Below are positions 48,354 to 58,238 of a stretch of 64,000 nt of DNA, in pieces. Numbering within the stretch: position 1 is the stretch's first letter; each line of letters begins with the position of its first letter. This DNA comes from Longimicrobiales bacterium (GTDB lineage Bacteria > Gemmatimonadota > Gemmatimonadetes > Longimicrobiales > Gaopeijiaceae), in contig JAWLHJ010000006.1 of the NCBI GenBank assembly GCA_041690395.1, positions 70,530 through 134,529 of the forward strand. The letters are read 5' to 3'. A program made the position numbers and the translations under genes. The notes below the pieces were generated by a model. That model was not told the origin of the DNA. It worked only from the letters and a program-made list of their open reading frames with translations, and ran no database searches.

Positions 48354-48407
48354 AGGTTAGGGGGCGCAGGTAACGGCGAAGACCGGGAGTTGTAACGGCG
48401 CCGTAAC
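48354..48407 (-). promoter_or_regulatory. Candidate Pho box (GTTAC repeats spaced 11 and 22 bp) plus TAACCT -10 element upstream of the TBDR
   Basis: Plus-strand GTAAC at 48370, 48392 and 48403; minus-strand TAACCT begins 10 nt after the last repeat. Confidence 0.55.
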
Positions 48408-48411
48408 GCAC

Positions 48412-48448
48412 GAAAAGGGCGCCCCCCCATCGGGAGAGCGCCCTCTTC
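48412..48448 (-). terminator. Terminator after the nucleotidyltransferase gene
   Basis: Minus strand GAAGAGGGCGC...GCGCCCTTTTC hairpin ending in a T run. Confidence 0.6.
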
Positions 48449-48514
48449 GGTCTGCCTTGGACGATCTGCGGCCGGCAGCTCGTCACCAGGGGGCGGTCGG
48501 GCCGCCCCGGGGGC

Positions 48515-49513
48515 TCAGTCGCCCGTCACGACCGAGTCGTCCGTGACTGACAGCGAGCCGCGCACGCCGCGCAGGTCGGCCCTCGCGCCGACGATGGAGT
48601 CGTGCACCACCGAGGTCTCGACCTTCGCACCGGCGCCGATCACGCTGTCACGGATGCGACTGTCCGTCACGCGAACGCCCCGCTCGAGGGTGACGTTGGG
48701 GCCCACGCTCCCGCCCCGGACCACGACATCGGCCTCGATGCGAACCGGCTCCACGATCTCCGCGCCGTCGACGACGGCCGACGGGTCGACACCGCCCCGG
48801 GTGCTCGCCACGAGGTGCGCGTTGGTCTCGAGGAGCGTCTCGGGCTTCCCGGCGTCCCACCACCCCTGGACTGGCGCCGTGAGGATCTTGCTCCCATGGT
48901 CGACCATGTACTGGAACGCGTCGGTCAGGTAGAACTCGCCCGAGGGTCCCGGGGGCGAGTCCAGCGTGTGACGGATGCCCTCGTACAGCAGCTCGTGGTC
49001 ACGGATGTGGTACAGTCCGATGTTGGCGAGCTTGGAGATGGGCTCCGACGGCTTCTCGACGATCTTCTCCATCGTGCCGTCCTCGGCCGTGACGATGACG
49101 CCGAAGCGCTGGTAGTCCTCGACCTCCTTCGCCCAGATCACCCCCGCGTACTTCGAATCCAACGTCCGCGCGAGATCGTAGTCGACTTCGAGGACGGCGT
49201 CGGCGAAGACGATGAGCAGCTCGTCGTCGATGAAGGGCTCGGCGAGGGCCACCGCGCCCGCCGTACCGTCCTGGACTTCCTGCAGCACATAGTGGCCCCG
49301 GATTTGCGGATATTCCGCTTCGATCCACTCCTCGACCGTCTCGCGCAGGTAGCCGACGATGAAGACGATCTCTTCCACACCGACGTCGATCAGGTCGTCG
49401 AGGATATAGGCCAGGACCGGCTTTCCGGCGACCTTGAGGAGCGGCTTGGGGGTATGGTGCGTGTGCGGGCGAAGGCGTGTGCCTTTCCCCGCCAGGGGGA
49501 TGACGGCTTTCAT
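48515..49513 (-). CDS. Sugar-phosphate nucleotidyltransferase (long-form glucose-1-phosphate thymidylyltransferase-like)
   Basis: LAGKGTRLRP, PKPLL, IVEKP, EFYLTDA, WWDAGK, C-terminal hexapeptide repeats. Confidence 0.9.
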   Translation of the reverse strand: MKAVIPLAGKGTRLRPHTHHTPKPLLKVAGKPVLAYILDDLIDVGVEEIVFIVGYLRETVEEWIEAEYPQIRGHYVLQEVQDGTAGAVALAEPFIDDELLIVFADAVLEVDYDLARTLDSKYAGVIWAKEVEDYQRFGVIVTAEDGTMEKIVEKPSEPISKLANIGLYHIRDHELLYEGIRHTLDSPPGPSGEFYLTDAFQYMVDHGSKILTAPVQGWWDAGKPETLLETNAHLVASTRGGVDPSAVVDGAEIVEPVRIEADVVVRGGSVGPNVTLERGVRVTDSRIRDSVIGAGAKVETSVVHDSIVGARADLRGVRGSLSVTDDSVVTGD

Positions 49514-49663
49514 GGGCTCCGGGCTTGGCGAGTCACAAAGGTTCGCGCCACACTATACGCGGACCGGCTCGCCCTGGGGAGGGTCGCCGCCGGGGGGGGC
49601 TTCGTCCCCGGCACGGCTCCCCGGCGTGCCGCGCGACGAGAGCTCGGCCAACGGAGAGGGGAT

Positions 49664-50497
49664 ATGAAGTCGACAATGCAGGGTGTCGCGGGGTGGATGC
49701 TCGCGGTCGTCGCGATCGGAGGGTGCGCCGCCGGCGGCGGCGCCGGACCGGGAACGCCCGGAGCCGCCGGCACGGGCGCAGGGACGCCCGCCGAGGTCTT
49801 CGAGCCGCCGAGGGTGTACGAAGTCCCGCTGGACGCGCCGGTTTCCCCGGAGGAGCCCGGCTTCATCGAGGTCCAGGGCTCGGCGACGGTGACGGTGCCG
49901 TCCGACATGGCCCGGGTCACCTTCGCGGTCGAGACACGCTCGGTGACGGCGGCGGACGCGGCGGCGGAGAACGCGGACCTCATGGACGCGGTGCTCCGCA
50001 ACCTCAGAGCCGGCGGATTCAGCGAGCTGCGCCTCGAAACGTTCGGGTACACGCTGCGCCCCGAGTACTCCTTCTCGGACGAGCGCGCCCGCACCATCGA
50101 GGCGTACACCGCGCTCAACAACGTCCAGGCGACCGTCGGCGCCGTCGACCAGGTCGGTGGCGTGATCGACGCCGCGATCGCGGCCGGCGCGAACCGGATC
50201 TCGTCCATCTCGTTCGACGCGGAGGACACGTCGGAAGCCCGCGCCCGGGCGCTCGCCGAGGCCGTGGAGAACGCCCGTGCCGAAGCACGCGTGATCGCCG
50301 AGGCGCTCGGTCATGCACTCGGCCCGGCCCTCGAGGTTCGTGGCGGCGCCGAGCGGCCCTCGCCCCGCCCGGTCACGTATGAGGCCATGATGATGAGGTC
50401 GGACGCCGCGCCGACGCCCATCGAGGCCGGGGAGCGCACCGTGACCGCGAACGTCACCGTGCGCTTCGGCCTCGGACCGGAGCTCCCGGGACGTTGA
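49664..50497 (+). CDS. SIMPL (DUF541) domain lipoprotein
   Basis: Lipobox IGGC; IEVQGSATV..PSDMA, GANRI, ARARALAEAVENA, TPIEAGE. Confidence 0.85.
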   Translation: MKSTMQGVAGWMLAVVAIGGCAAGGGAGPGTPGAAGTGAGTPAEVFEPPRVYEVPLDAPVSPEEPGFIEVQGSATVTVPSDMARVTFAVETRSVTAADAAAENADLMDAVLRNLRAGGFSELRLETFGYTLRPEYSFSDERARTIEAYTALNNVQATVGAVDQVGGVIDAAIAAGANRISSISFDAEDTSEARARALAEAVENARAEARVIAEALGHALGPALEVRGGAERPSPRPVTYEAMMMRSDAAPTPIEAGERTVTANVTVRFGLGPELPGR

Positions 50498-50931
50498 GCG
50501 GAGCCGCACGGGGGAATACGTCCGACGGCGGAACCCGCACGGACCCGCGCGCGGCCGACCCCCGACTCTGGGGACGGACGTACGCGATTCCGTTCGCCCG
50601 GGTGTGGGACGCCGCGAAGAGCCTCACCGACGGTGGCCTCCGCGGATGGAGCATGGAGCGCGACGACGACCGCGAGGGCGTGATCGAGGCCGTCAGCCTG
50701 ACCTGGCTCCGCCGCAAGCCCGATCAGGTGACGGTCACCGTTCGCCTCGACGAGAACGCCCAGACCCGCGTCGACCTGCGCTGCGTGCGCGTCGAGGGAG
50801 CGTCGTCACGTCGTCGCCATCCGCGGCTCGTCGATCGCTTCATGGCCTCGCTCGATCGGAAGCTCGAGGCGACGCCCGGCCAGAAGCTCGATCCGACGGC
50901 CACTCCCGGATGGCAGCAGGAGGACGGGTGA
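50494..50931 (+). CDS. DUF1499-like protein
   Basis: LWGRTY, IEAVS, V.V.LDENAQTRVD; TTG overlaps the upstream stop. Confidence 0.6.
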   Translation: MSGAARGNTSDGGTRTDPRAADPRLWGRTYAIPFARVWDAAKSLTDGGLRGWSMERDDDREGVIEAVSLTWLRRKPDQVTVTVRLDENAQTRVDLRCVRVEGASSRRRHPRLVDRFMASLDRKLEATPGQKLDPTATPGWQQEDG

Positions 50932-51887
50932 TGAGGCGACGCAACTTCTCGACAGCCATCGCGCTCATGCTCGTCAGCGCCATGGCCGGGTGTGGTGACG
51001 CCGCCCCGGAGCCGCAGCCCTCGACCGACGGAACCGAAGTCGCCCCGGCACCGGAGCGTGTCGTGGAGCGCGTCTACGAGAGGAGCTTCGCGTTCGTTGC
51101 GGAGCTCGGAGACAGTCTGCTCCTGGTTCCCTGGATCATGACCCATCAGGCGCGTCCGGACTCGGTCCTCAGGAACGTCGCGGGGTGGCTCTCCCGAGGG
51201 GGAACGTGGGAGCCGTTCTACCGGGAGCGCTGGTCGACGCCCGCTACCCGCAGCCCCGAGCGCATCCTGCCGTACCATACCCTGAGCATCGTCGTCCGCG
51301 ACGGGGATCTCGTCGACGGGCTCGTGTACCAGGACGGCCCGAGGAGCCTCGAGGTCGTCATGGGCGAGGTGATCGCGGCGTGGGTCGGCCCCGGCGGCGA
51401 GACGTTCGACCTCCTCGAGGGCGCGGCCTACCTCTCGGAGGAACGCATCGACGGGACGGTGGTCGACCTGTCGCGCTCCTGGACCCCGTCGGAGCAGCCC
51501 GCCGGAGACTGGGCGTTCCTCGTCTCGGGGGACTCCGTGCGAGTCGTGATGGCCGGGAGCGTCGAGCACGGCGCCGACACCGAGCCGGTCTACCGGATCT
51601 GGGCGCAGCGAGGCGCCGAGGATCTGGTGTGGCCGGAGGTGGAGGTCGACTGGGCCGGGCGCCAGGCGTTCCCACCGGCACGACGGGACGTCCCCACCAC
51701 CTGGTCCATCGCCTCGCCGGACGGGACCCTGTCGGGAACCCTGCGCAGCGTCACCTCCGAGATGGAGGCGGGCGAGGGCACGGGCCCACTCCTTCCCGTG
51801 CTTGCGCTCGTGGAAGTCGAGGGCGTGCTCGATGCACGCGGGAGCTCCATCCCGGTGCGCGGTATCCTCGTACACCAGCGGCGCTAG
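50931..51887 (+). CDS. Hypothetical lipoprotein
   Basis: Lipobox MAGC; beta-rich mature part; coupled start (TGATG). Confidence 0.7.
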   Translation: MRRRNFSTAIALMLVSAMAGCGDAAPEPQPSTDGTEVAPAPERVVERVYERSFAFVAELGDSLLLVPWIMTHQARPDSVLRNVAGWLSRGGTWEPFYRERWSTPATRSPERILPYHTLSIVVRDGDLVDGLVYQDGPRSLEVVMGEVIAAWVGPGGETFDLLEGAAYLSEERIDGTVVDLSRSWTPSEQPAGDWAFLVSGDSVRVVMAGSVEHGADTEPVYRIWAQRGAEDLVWPEVEVDWAGRQAFPPARRDVPTTWSIASPDGTLSGTLRSVTSEMEAGEGTGPLLPVLALVEVEGVLDARGSSIPVRGILVHQRR

Positions 51888-51891
51888 AAGG

Positions 51892-53463
51892 GTGTCCGAC
51901 GAGCTACTCCGCGCGCTGATCACCATCGGCTTCGGCGCGCTCGCCGGCGGGTTGACCAACACGGTCGCCATCTGGATGCTCTTCCACCCCTATGAGCCTC
52001 CCAAGCTCTTCGGGCGATGGCGGCTCTCGTTCCTCCAGGGCGCCATCCCCAAGAGCCAGACCCGCCTCGCGGCCGCGATCGGACGTACCGTCGGCAATCG
52101 ACTTCTGACCCCCGAGGACCTCACCCGCACTTTCGCCAACCCGGAATTCCGGGACGCGTTCGACAGCCGCCTGGCCAGCTTCCTGGACGAGGTGCTGCAC
52201 AGGGAGAGGGGGTCGCTCCGGGAGATGCTGCCGGAGCACGTCGCCAAGGACCTCGAAGGCATCCTCCTGGACGCCGTCGCGCACGGCACGACCCAGCTCC
52301 GGGGATATCTCGATTCGCCGGCGTTCGAGGAGTTCGTGCGTGGCCGCACCGATCGCCTCGTGGCACACGTGGCCGACCAGCCCGTGGGGGGCATCCTCAC
52401 CCCCGCGCGCGGAGCCGCAGTCGAGGCGGCCGCGGAGGACTGGCTCGAAGGCATGGTCGAGAGCGCCGACTTCCAGGCCGCGGTCGACGACTACCTGGCC
52501 CGCGGAGCCGAGAAGCTGCTGCGCCCGGACCGGACCTTCGAGGACATCCTGCCGCTCGGGCTGGTCGGAGCCGTGGAGCGCGCGATCGCCAGCTATCTGC
52601 CGCTCGCCGCGGAGCGGTTGGGCGGGCTTCTGGAGGACCCGCAGGCCCGGGCGAAGTTCGAGTCCACCATCCATGAATTGCTCCACCGCTTCCTCCGCGA
52701 CCTGAAGTTCCACCAACGCGTGGTCGCCCGACTCGTCGTCAACGAAGACACGGTCGACCGCGTGCTCGACACGATCGAGGCGGAGGGCGCGCAGCGCCTG
52801 TCCGAGATCCTACGGGATGCCGCGGTGCAGTCCGCCATCGCGCGAGGCGTGAACGAGGCCATCGTCGACCTGCTGCGGCGGCCCGTGGCCGACGTGCTGG
52901 GGCGGGCGGACGAGGAAAGCGTCGTCGATGCCCGCGCCACCCTCGCCGGCTGGGTCGTGGACATGGCCCGCGACGAGGAGACTCGTGTCTTCCTGGTCGA
53001 GAAGCTGCGCGCGGGAATCGATCGCGCGGGAGCGAAGACCTGGGGCGAAGTGCTGGAACGAATTCCCCCGGAGCGCGTCTCCTCGGCGCTCGTCGCGGCG
53101 GCACGTACGGACACCGCGGCACGCGTCGCGTCGTCGGCCGCCGAGCGGATCGTGCGCGATCTGCTCGACCGACCCATCGGAGTACCGTCGCGCTGGCTTC
53201 CTCCGGAGGCGCCCCAGCGTATCGAGGCCGCGATCGGGGATCCGCTGTGGGCCTGGCTCCAGACGCAGGTGCCTGCCGTGGTCGAGCGAATCGACGTCGC
53301 GCGCAGGGTCGAGGAGAAGGTGCTCCACTTCCCGACCCCGAAGATGGAAGAGCTCGTCCGGAAGGTGACGAACCGCGAACTGAAGATGATCGTGAAGCTC
53401 GGCTACGTCCTGGGCGCGCTCATCGGCGGGGCCCTGGTCGGGGTCGACGCGGTGCTCGACTGA
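51892..53463 (+). CDS. DUF445 family membrane-anchored protein
   Basis: GGLTNTVAIWMLFHP, GAIPK, C-terminal ELKMIVKLGYVLGALIG. Confidence 0.85.
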   Translation: MSDELLRALITIGFGALAGGLTNTVAIWMLFHPYEPPKLFGRWRLSFLQGAIPKSQTRLAAAIGRTVGNRLLTPEDLTRTFANPEFRDAFDSRLASFLDEVLHRERGSLREMLPEHVAKDLEGILLDAVAHGTTQLRGYLDSPAFEEFVRGRTDRLVAHVADQPVGGILTPARGAAVEAAAEDWLEGMVESADFQAAVDDYLARGAEKLLRPDRTFEDILPLGLVGAVERAIASYLPLAAERLGGLLEDPQARAKFESTIHELLHRFLRDLKFHQRVVARLVVNEDTVDRVLDTIEAEGAQRLSEILRDAAVQSAIARGVNEAIVDLLRRPVADVLGRADEESVVDARATLAGWVVDMARDEETRVFLVEKLRAGIDRAGAKTWGEVLERIPPERVSSALVAAARTDTAARVASSAAERIVRDLLDRPIGVPSRWLPPEAPQRIEAAIGDPLWAWLQTQVPAVVERIDVARRVEEKVLHFPTPKMEELVRKVTNRELKMIVKLGYVLGALIGGALVGVDAVLD

Positions 53464-53499
53464 GGTCGCGCACGTCGGGACGCCGTCCGCGAGCGAGTG

Positions 53500-53763
53500 C
53501 TAACGGTCGTCCGGCGATTCCAGCTTGAAGCCCCGGCGCTGGCCGCCGGTCCTGCGCCCGCTCCGCTCGGAGCGCACGTTCACCTTGCGCTGCAGCCACG
53601 CCAGCGGCGTGAAGGCGCGCTTGGTCTTCCTGCGCCGACGCCCGCCCTCGGCCATGATCTTCTCGATGTCCTCGGGCGTCTGATCGTACCGTCCCGGGAG
53701 CCCGAGCCAGATCCCGAACCCGAGCGCGAGAATACCGCCCACGACGTAGAGAAAGAGCGTCAC
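53500..53763 (-). CDS. Small membrane protein with basic C-terminal tail
   Basis: N-terminal TM helix; GTGA overlap with the upstream small gene. Confidence 0.6.
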   Translation of the reverse strand: MTLFLYVVGGILALGFGIWLGLPGRYDQTPEDIEKIMAEGGRRRRKTKRAFTPLAWLQRKVNVRSERSGRRTGGQRRGFKLESPDDR

Positions 53764-53909
53764 TTCTTCGTGACGGTCTCGAACGTGAGGAGGCCGAGCC
53801 CGATGGAAAGGATGATCGCGACGGCGTTGGTGCCTACCGCCACCAAGGCGATCACGGTCCAGAAGATCAGGTGCGTGAAGACGTAGCCGCCGGGTATCAG
53901 GTCGAGCAT
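53760..53909 (-). CDS. 49-aa hydrophobic membrane peptide
   Basis: MLDLIPGGYVFTHLIFWTVIALVAVGTNAVAIILSIGLGLLTFETVTKK; translationally coupled to the next gene. Confidence 0.5.
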   Translation of the reverse strand: MLDLIPGGYVFTHLIFWTVIALVAVGTNAVAIILSIGLGLLTFETVTKK

Positions 53910-53997
53910 CGTCGAGACTCTTCGTGAAGGGTTCGTGTCGAGGGAAATATGCCCGCGCGGGACGGCCCTGTCACCCCCGCCCGCGGCCGGAGGCACC

Positions 53998-55701
53998 TCA
54001 GACCTCGAGCGCGCCGATCCGCCGCGCGCCGGCCCGGAGCGGCAGCCAGATCGCCAGCGCCGTCAGCAGCCCGGCCCCGGTGACCCCGAGCACGAGCGGG
54101 AGGACCGATACGGCGGCGCCCTCCCCCTCGAGGCTCCCGCTGAGGTACAGGTACACCGGCCACCCTTCGAGGACGACTACCCCCCCGAGATAGATCACCG
54201 CGGACATCATGAAGAGGAGGCCCCCGAACGACGTCGGGATCTCCGCCACGTTCTCCGTATCGTAGTTCGGATACAGCGCGCCGATCCCCAGGGCGAGGGC
54301 GGTCAACGCGAAGGTGATGCCGACCATGGACGCCGTCGTGAGGGCCAGGATGAGCGGCGACGCCTGGAGCACGACGTTCGTCACTACGATGAGCGGTAGC
54401 GCCACGACCAGTAGCGGTATCGTGCCCACCCAGTACTTCGACCAGAAGAGGGAACGTACGTCGAGAGGAGACGAGCGGAGCAGCCACATCATCCGTCCCT
54501 CCACGGACATGGCCGGGAAGACGAAGCGCGCCGCGATCGCGGCCACCACGAAGCCGGCCAGCCCCAGGTTCAGGAACGACACGACGTTGATGAGCAGGAA
54601 GGACACGCGCTCGCCCGTGTACAGCGGGAGCGCGCCGATGTTGTAGACGTACACGACGACGAGGACCGCGAGCAGGATGAGCTGCGACCACTGCGTCGTG
54701 TCGCGGAAGAACGTGCGAATCTCCTTGACCACCACGCCGCGGGTGCTCGGGCGCAGCGGGGCCATCCAACGCTCCAGGCGCTCCGAGCGCTCACGTCCCT
54801 CCCTGCGCTCGGCCCCCTCCTGAGCCCTCGAGAACCCGTCGAGGTAGTGGCGGCGATGCAGCCAGGCCCCGATCACGAAGAAGGCGGCGGCCGTGGTCCA
54901 GAGGAACGCGAACGGGAACCAGTCGAAGAAGCCGTTCAGGTAGGACATCAGCGCGTCGGCCGCCCATTCGCTCGGCAACCAGGGCGACGTCGGAGTGCGG
55001 AGCACCGCCACGAAGTCGACCAGGTCGCGGAACTCCTCGGGCCTCATGAGGCGCTCCGGGCGCAGGAAGCGGAAGAGCGCCACGACGCCGGCCGCGGCGA
55101 GCAGCCCGATGAGCGCGAGCAGGTCCCGGGTGCGGCGGGCCGGGAAGATGTTGACCAGCACGAGGGTCGTGGCGCTTCCGATCACGGCGGGGATCACCAG
55201 GAACGGAACGAGCGTCGAAGCCGCCAGCAGGTAGTAGCCCGGATCGGCGCCGTACACGACCCCGTAGGCGCCCAGGAGCGGAATCGCGAGGAGCGCCACC
55301 ATCCACGACGAGTCCACGATCGTCTCGCCCAGCCGCGCCGCATAGACCGTGACGGGATCCACCGGCGCGGCCACGACCAGCTCGAGGTCTTCCGAAAGGA
55401 AGAAGGTGGACAGCGCGGTGATGACGTTCGACAGCACCAGGATCATCAGGAACGTCACGAAGGCGAGCCCGAGCAGCTTCGCCGAGAGGATGTCGCCGAT
55501 GCCCTGGGTGCCCCGGAAGTACAGGAGCATCCGGAAGATGACCCCGAAGATCAGCCCCCAGAAGAAGACGCCGACCGTGCCGAGCAGGAACGCCTTGAAC
55601 ATCCGGCCCTCGCCACTCCGCGCGCGGTTGATCTTGATCCGGATCTTCGGTCGGAGCAGCCAGGAGAGTCCCGCCGGACGCCGATCGGCGATCCCGTTCA
55701 A
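53998..55701 (-). CDS. Putative ABC-2-type exporter permease
   Basis: About 12-14 TM helices, LSEDLE, WLPSEW, KEIRTFFRD..QWSQ, SVEGR..WLLRSSP; TTGA overlap with the ATPase. Confidence 0.8.
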   Translation of the reverse strand: MNGIADRRPAGLSWLLRPKIRIKINRARSGEGRMFKAFLLGTVGVFFWGLIFGVIFRMLLYFRGTQGIGDILSAKLLGLAFVTFLMILVLSNVITALSTFFLSEDLELVVAAPVDPVTVYAARLGETIVDSSWMVALLAIPLLGAYGVVYGADPGYYLLAASTLVPFLVIPAVIGSATTLVLVNIFPARRTRDLLALIGLLAAAGVVALFRFLRPERLMRPEEFRDLVDFVAVLRTPTSPWLPSEWAADALMSYLNGFFDWFPFAFLWTTAAAFFVIGAWLHRRHYLDGFSRAQEGAERREGRERSERLERWMAPLRPSTRGVVVKEIRTFFRDTTQWSQLILLAVLVVVYVYNIGALPLYTGERVSFLLINVVSFLNLGLAGFVVAAIAARFVFPAMSVEGRMMWLLRSSPLDVRSLFWSKYWVGTIPLLVVALPLIVVTNVVLQASPLILALTTASMVGITFALTALALGIGALYPNYDTENVAEIPTSFGGLLFMMSAVIYLGGVVVLEGWPVYLYLSGSLEGEGAAVSVLPLVLGVTGAGLLTALAIWLPLRAGARRIGALEV

Positions 55702-56489
55702 AGGGCCTCCCTGAGGGACGCGATCACGTCCGCCATCACGTCGCCCCCGGTCACCTTGAGGAAGATCTCCTCGAGGTGCGCGCCGCCCGCGTGGGCCTGG
55801 GCGCGCAGGTCCTCCATGGTCCCCGACGCGATGATCTCTCCGCCCTGGATGATCGAGATGCGGTCGCAGAGTGCCTCGGCCACTTCGAGCGTGTGCGTCG
55901 ACAGGAAGACCGTCCCGCCCTCGTCGACGAAGGTCTGGAGCAGGTCCTTGAGGAGCTTCGCCGACCGGGGGTCGAGGCCGACCATCGGCTCGTCGACGAC
56001 GATGAGCTCGGGTTGGTGGATGAGCGCCGACGCGATCAGCACCTTCTGCCGCATGCCGTGCGAGTAGCTCTCGATGAGCTCGTCGCGCCACTCGGTGAGC
56101 CCGAAGAGCTCGAGGAGACGCTCCGCGCGGCGGTCCGCCTCCACTCCGTCCTTCCCCCAGAGGCCCGCCACGAACCGCAGGAACTCACCACCGGACAGCT
56201 TCTCGTAGAGGTACGGGCGATCGGGGATGTAGCCGACCTTCGACTTGGCGGCCTCGGGCTCGAGCGCCATGTCGAGGCCTCCGACGAGCACCTGGCCGGC
56301 GGTCGGCCGCAGCACGCCCGCCACCATGCGGATGGTGGTGGTCTTCCCGGCGCCGTTGGGACCCAGAAAGCCGAAGATCTCGCCTCGCTCCGCGCGCAGG
56401 TCGATCCCCTTCACGGCCTCGAACGAGCCGTACCGCTTCACGACGCCGCGGAGCTCGAGCATCGGGCTCCCCTCCGGCACGGCCGTCAC
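55698..56489 (-). CDS. ABC transporter ATP-binding protein
   Basis: GPNGAGKTT, YSHGMRQK, VDEPMVGLD, STH. Confidence 0.92.
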   Translation of the reverse strand: MTAVPEGSPMLELRGVVKRYGSFEAVKGIDLRAERGEIFGFLGPNGAGKTTTIRMVAGVLRPTAGQVLVGGLDMALEPEAAKSKVGYIPDRPYLYEKLSGGEFLRFVAGLWGKDGVEADRRAERLLELFGLTEWRDELIESYSHGMRQKVLIASALIHQPELIVVDEPMVGLDPRSAKLLKDLLQTFVDEGGTVFLSTHTLEVAEALCDRISIIQGGEIIASGTMEDLRAQAHAGGAHLEEIFLKVTGGDVMADVIASLREAL

Positions 56490-58036
56490 TCGGCGACCAC
56501 CCGGTCGAGGACCTCGATGTCCAGATTCCCGATGAGCCGGACGATCTCCACCTGCTGCGCGAGGCCGCCCGTGACGAAGCGGATGTGTGACGCGTCGGCC
56601 GGGTACTGACCGAACGTCGGGTCGACCGCCACCCATTCCCCGAGCCACACCTCGGGCCACGCGTGGTAGAAGAACGCCCCGTTCACGAACACCAACCCCA
56701 CCGCGGTGCGGGCCGGGAGACCCAGCGCGCGCGCCATCGCGACATACAGCACCGTGTGCTCGTTGCAGTCCCCCTGCAGGGTCTCCAGCACCTGGACGGC
56801 ATTCGGCATCGAGAACGTGATGCGCTTCTCGAGCATTCCGTAGACCGACTGGGTGAGCTGGCGGGCGACCTGAGCCGGCTCCTGCGTCCACGACGCACGG
56901 CTGGCGGTAACCTGACGCGCGCGGGCGATGATGCGCGGGTCGTCGCTCTGGATCAGCGGCTCGGGCTCGAGCGCCTCACGAAGGTCCATGCGCTTGTAGG
57001 GGAGCATGTAGCCCGCCTCGAGCACGGCGGGATCCTCTCGGCGCACGATGAGCGTGTCCCCGCGTAGCGTCTGCCGTCCCCCGTCGAGCTCGAAGCCGCT
57101 CAGATCGACGCCGCTGAGGCGGAAGCGGAGCTCCTCGTACTCCTGGGCGTCCGACAGGTCGACGTTGCTCTGGACGGCGGTCGAGAGGATCACGTCGTCG
57201 TCCACCGGAGATCCTCCGACCAGGCGGGACTCCTCCTGAGACTGGCGGGCCAGCTCGTACTCCGTCTTCTCCATGGAGAAGCCCAGCGGACTGGACGCCC
57301 GCAGAATGCGCCCGTCCTCATCTACCCAGCTCTCCACCTGGATGCCCCCGAACACTTCGGCGATCCGCCAGGCCGGGACGGTGTCGGCGCCCGCGGGTAT
57401 CCACCGGCCGGTCGCGTCGTCGACCACGACCGAGTCCGTGACGACGAGCGTGTCGTACTCCATGACCCGGACCTCGACCGTTCTCGACGACAACGACGTG
57501 GGATCGAAGACCGGCATGCGGACGGTGTTCCCCACCTCGAGCTCGCCGCCCATGGCCACGCGGATCGGCACGACGTTGGCGAACACGGGGGGCTGCGCGA
57601 GCCGGTAGCTCAGCTCCTGACGGCTGCCCGCCGATTCCACCGTGACCGCCAGCGTCGTGTCGGCGCCGAGCGTACCCTCCGCCCGGAAGCGGCCGACCTC
57701 GCTGTCGAGCGTGAACGCGAAGCTGCGCATGACCAGCGAGCGGTCGAGCTCGACGTTCGTGCGCGACACCGCCGTCCCGGTCTGCCCGAGCGCCGGAAGC
57801 TCGAGCATCATCACGTCCTCGAGCGCGAAGCCGTCCGGAAGCGTGTCGAGGCGGGAGGTCGCCTGCCCCACCGCGCGGCTTCCCATGGTGAGGGTGTAGA
57901 AGCTGACACCCGGGGCCAGCCCCAATGCCGCTTCGGCCAGCTGCGCCAGCTCCGGCTGGAAGTACTCACGGCGCACCTGCCACCCGACCATCACGAGCCA
58001 GGCGAGCAGGACGAGCGGCCCGACGATACGTCTCAC
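56486..58036 (-). CDS. Membrane-anchored transglutaminase-like protein
   Basis: N-terminal TM helix; Cys-His-Asp triad GDCNEH / YHAW / VDPTF; GTG 58036 with GGAG. Confidence 0.85.
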   Translation of the reverse strand: MRRIVGPLVLLAWLVMVGWQVRREYFQPELAQLAEAALGLAPGVSFYTLTMGSRAVGQATSRLDTLPDGFALEDVMMLELPALGQTGTAVSRTNVELDRSLVMRSFAFTLDSEVGRFRAEGTLGADTTLAVTVESAGSRQELSYRLAQPPVFANVVPIRVAMGGELEVGNTVRMPVFDPTSLSSRTVEVRVMEYDTLVVTDSVVVDDATGRWIPAGADTVPAWRIAEVFGGIQVESWVDEDGRILRASSPLGFSMEKTEYELARQSQEESRLVGGSPVDDDVILSTAVQSNVDLSDAQEYEELRFRLSGVDLSGFELDGGRQTLRGDTLIVRREDPAVLEAGYMLPYKRMDLREALEPEPLIQSDDPRIIARARQVTASRASWTQEPAQVARQLTQSVYGMLEKRITFSMPNAVQVLETLQGDCNEHTVLYVAMARALGLPARTAVGLVFVNGAFFYHAWPEVWLGEWVAVDPTFGQYPADASHIRFVTGGLAQQVEIVRLIGNLDIEVLDRVVAE

Positions 58037-58238
58037 GTTTCGGTCTCCGTTGACGCGGCCGGACCCGTGGGGCACTACCTGGGTCGGCCATGGAGCACGC
58101 GCCCGTCACGACGCGCGCTTGGGTCGCTGGGGGGAGGGCGACGGCGAACGCTGCTCTACAAGTCTCGGACCGCTCGGTTCCGGACGGAAGGGCCGTGTTC
58201 GGGTCGAGCCTCGTGCACGCCGGCCCGGAAGGATGCCC

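Noticed and set aside
48515..49513. Possible glgC completing the glycogen pathway
   Set aside because: Motifs and length fit the RmlA-long/GlmU-like nucleotidyltransferases; it lacks the GlgC RAKPAVPFGG signature.
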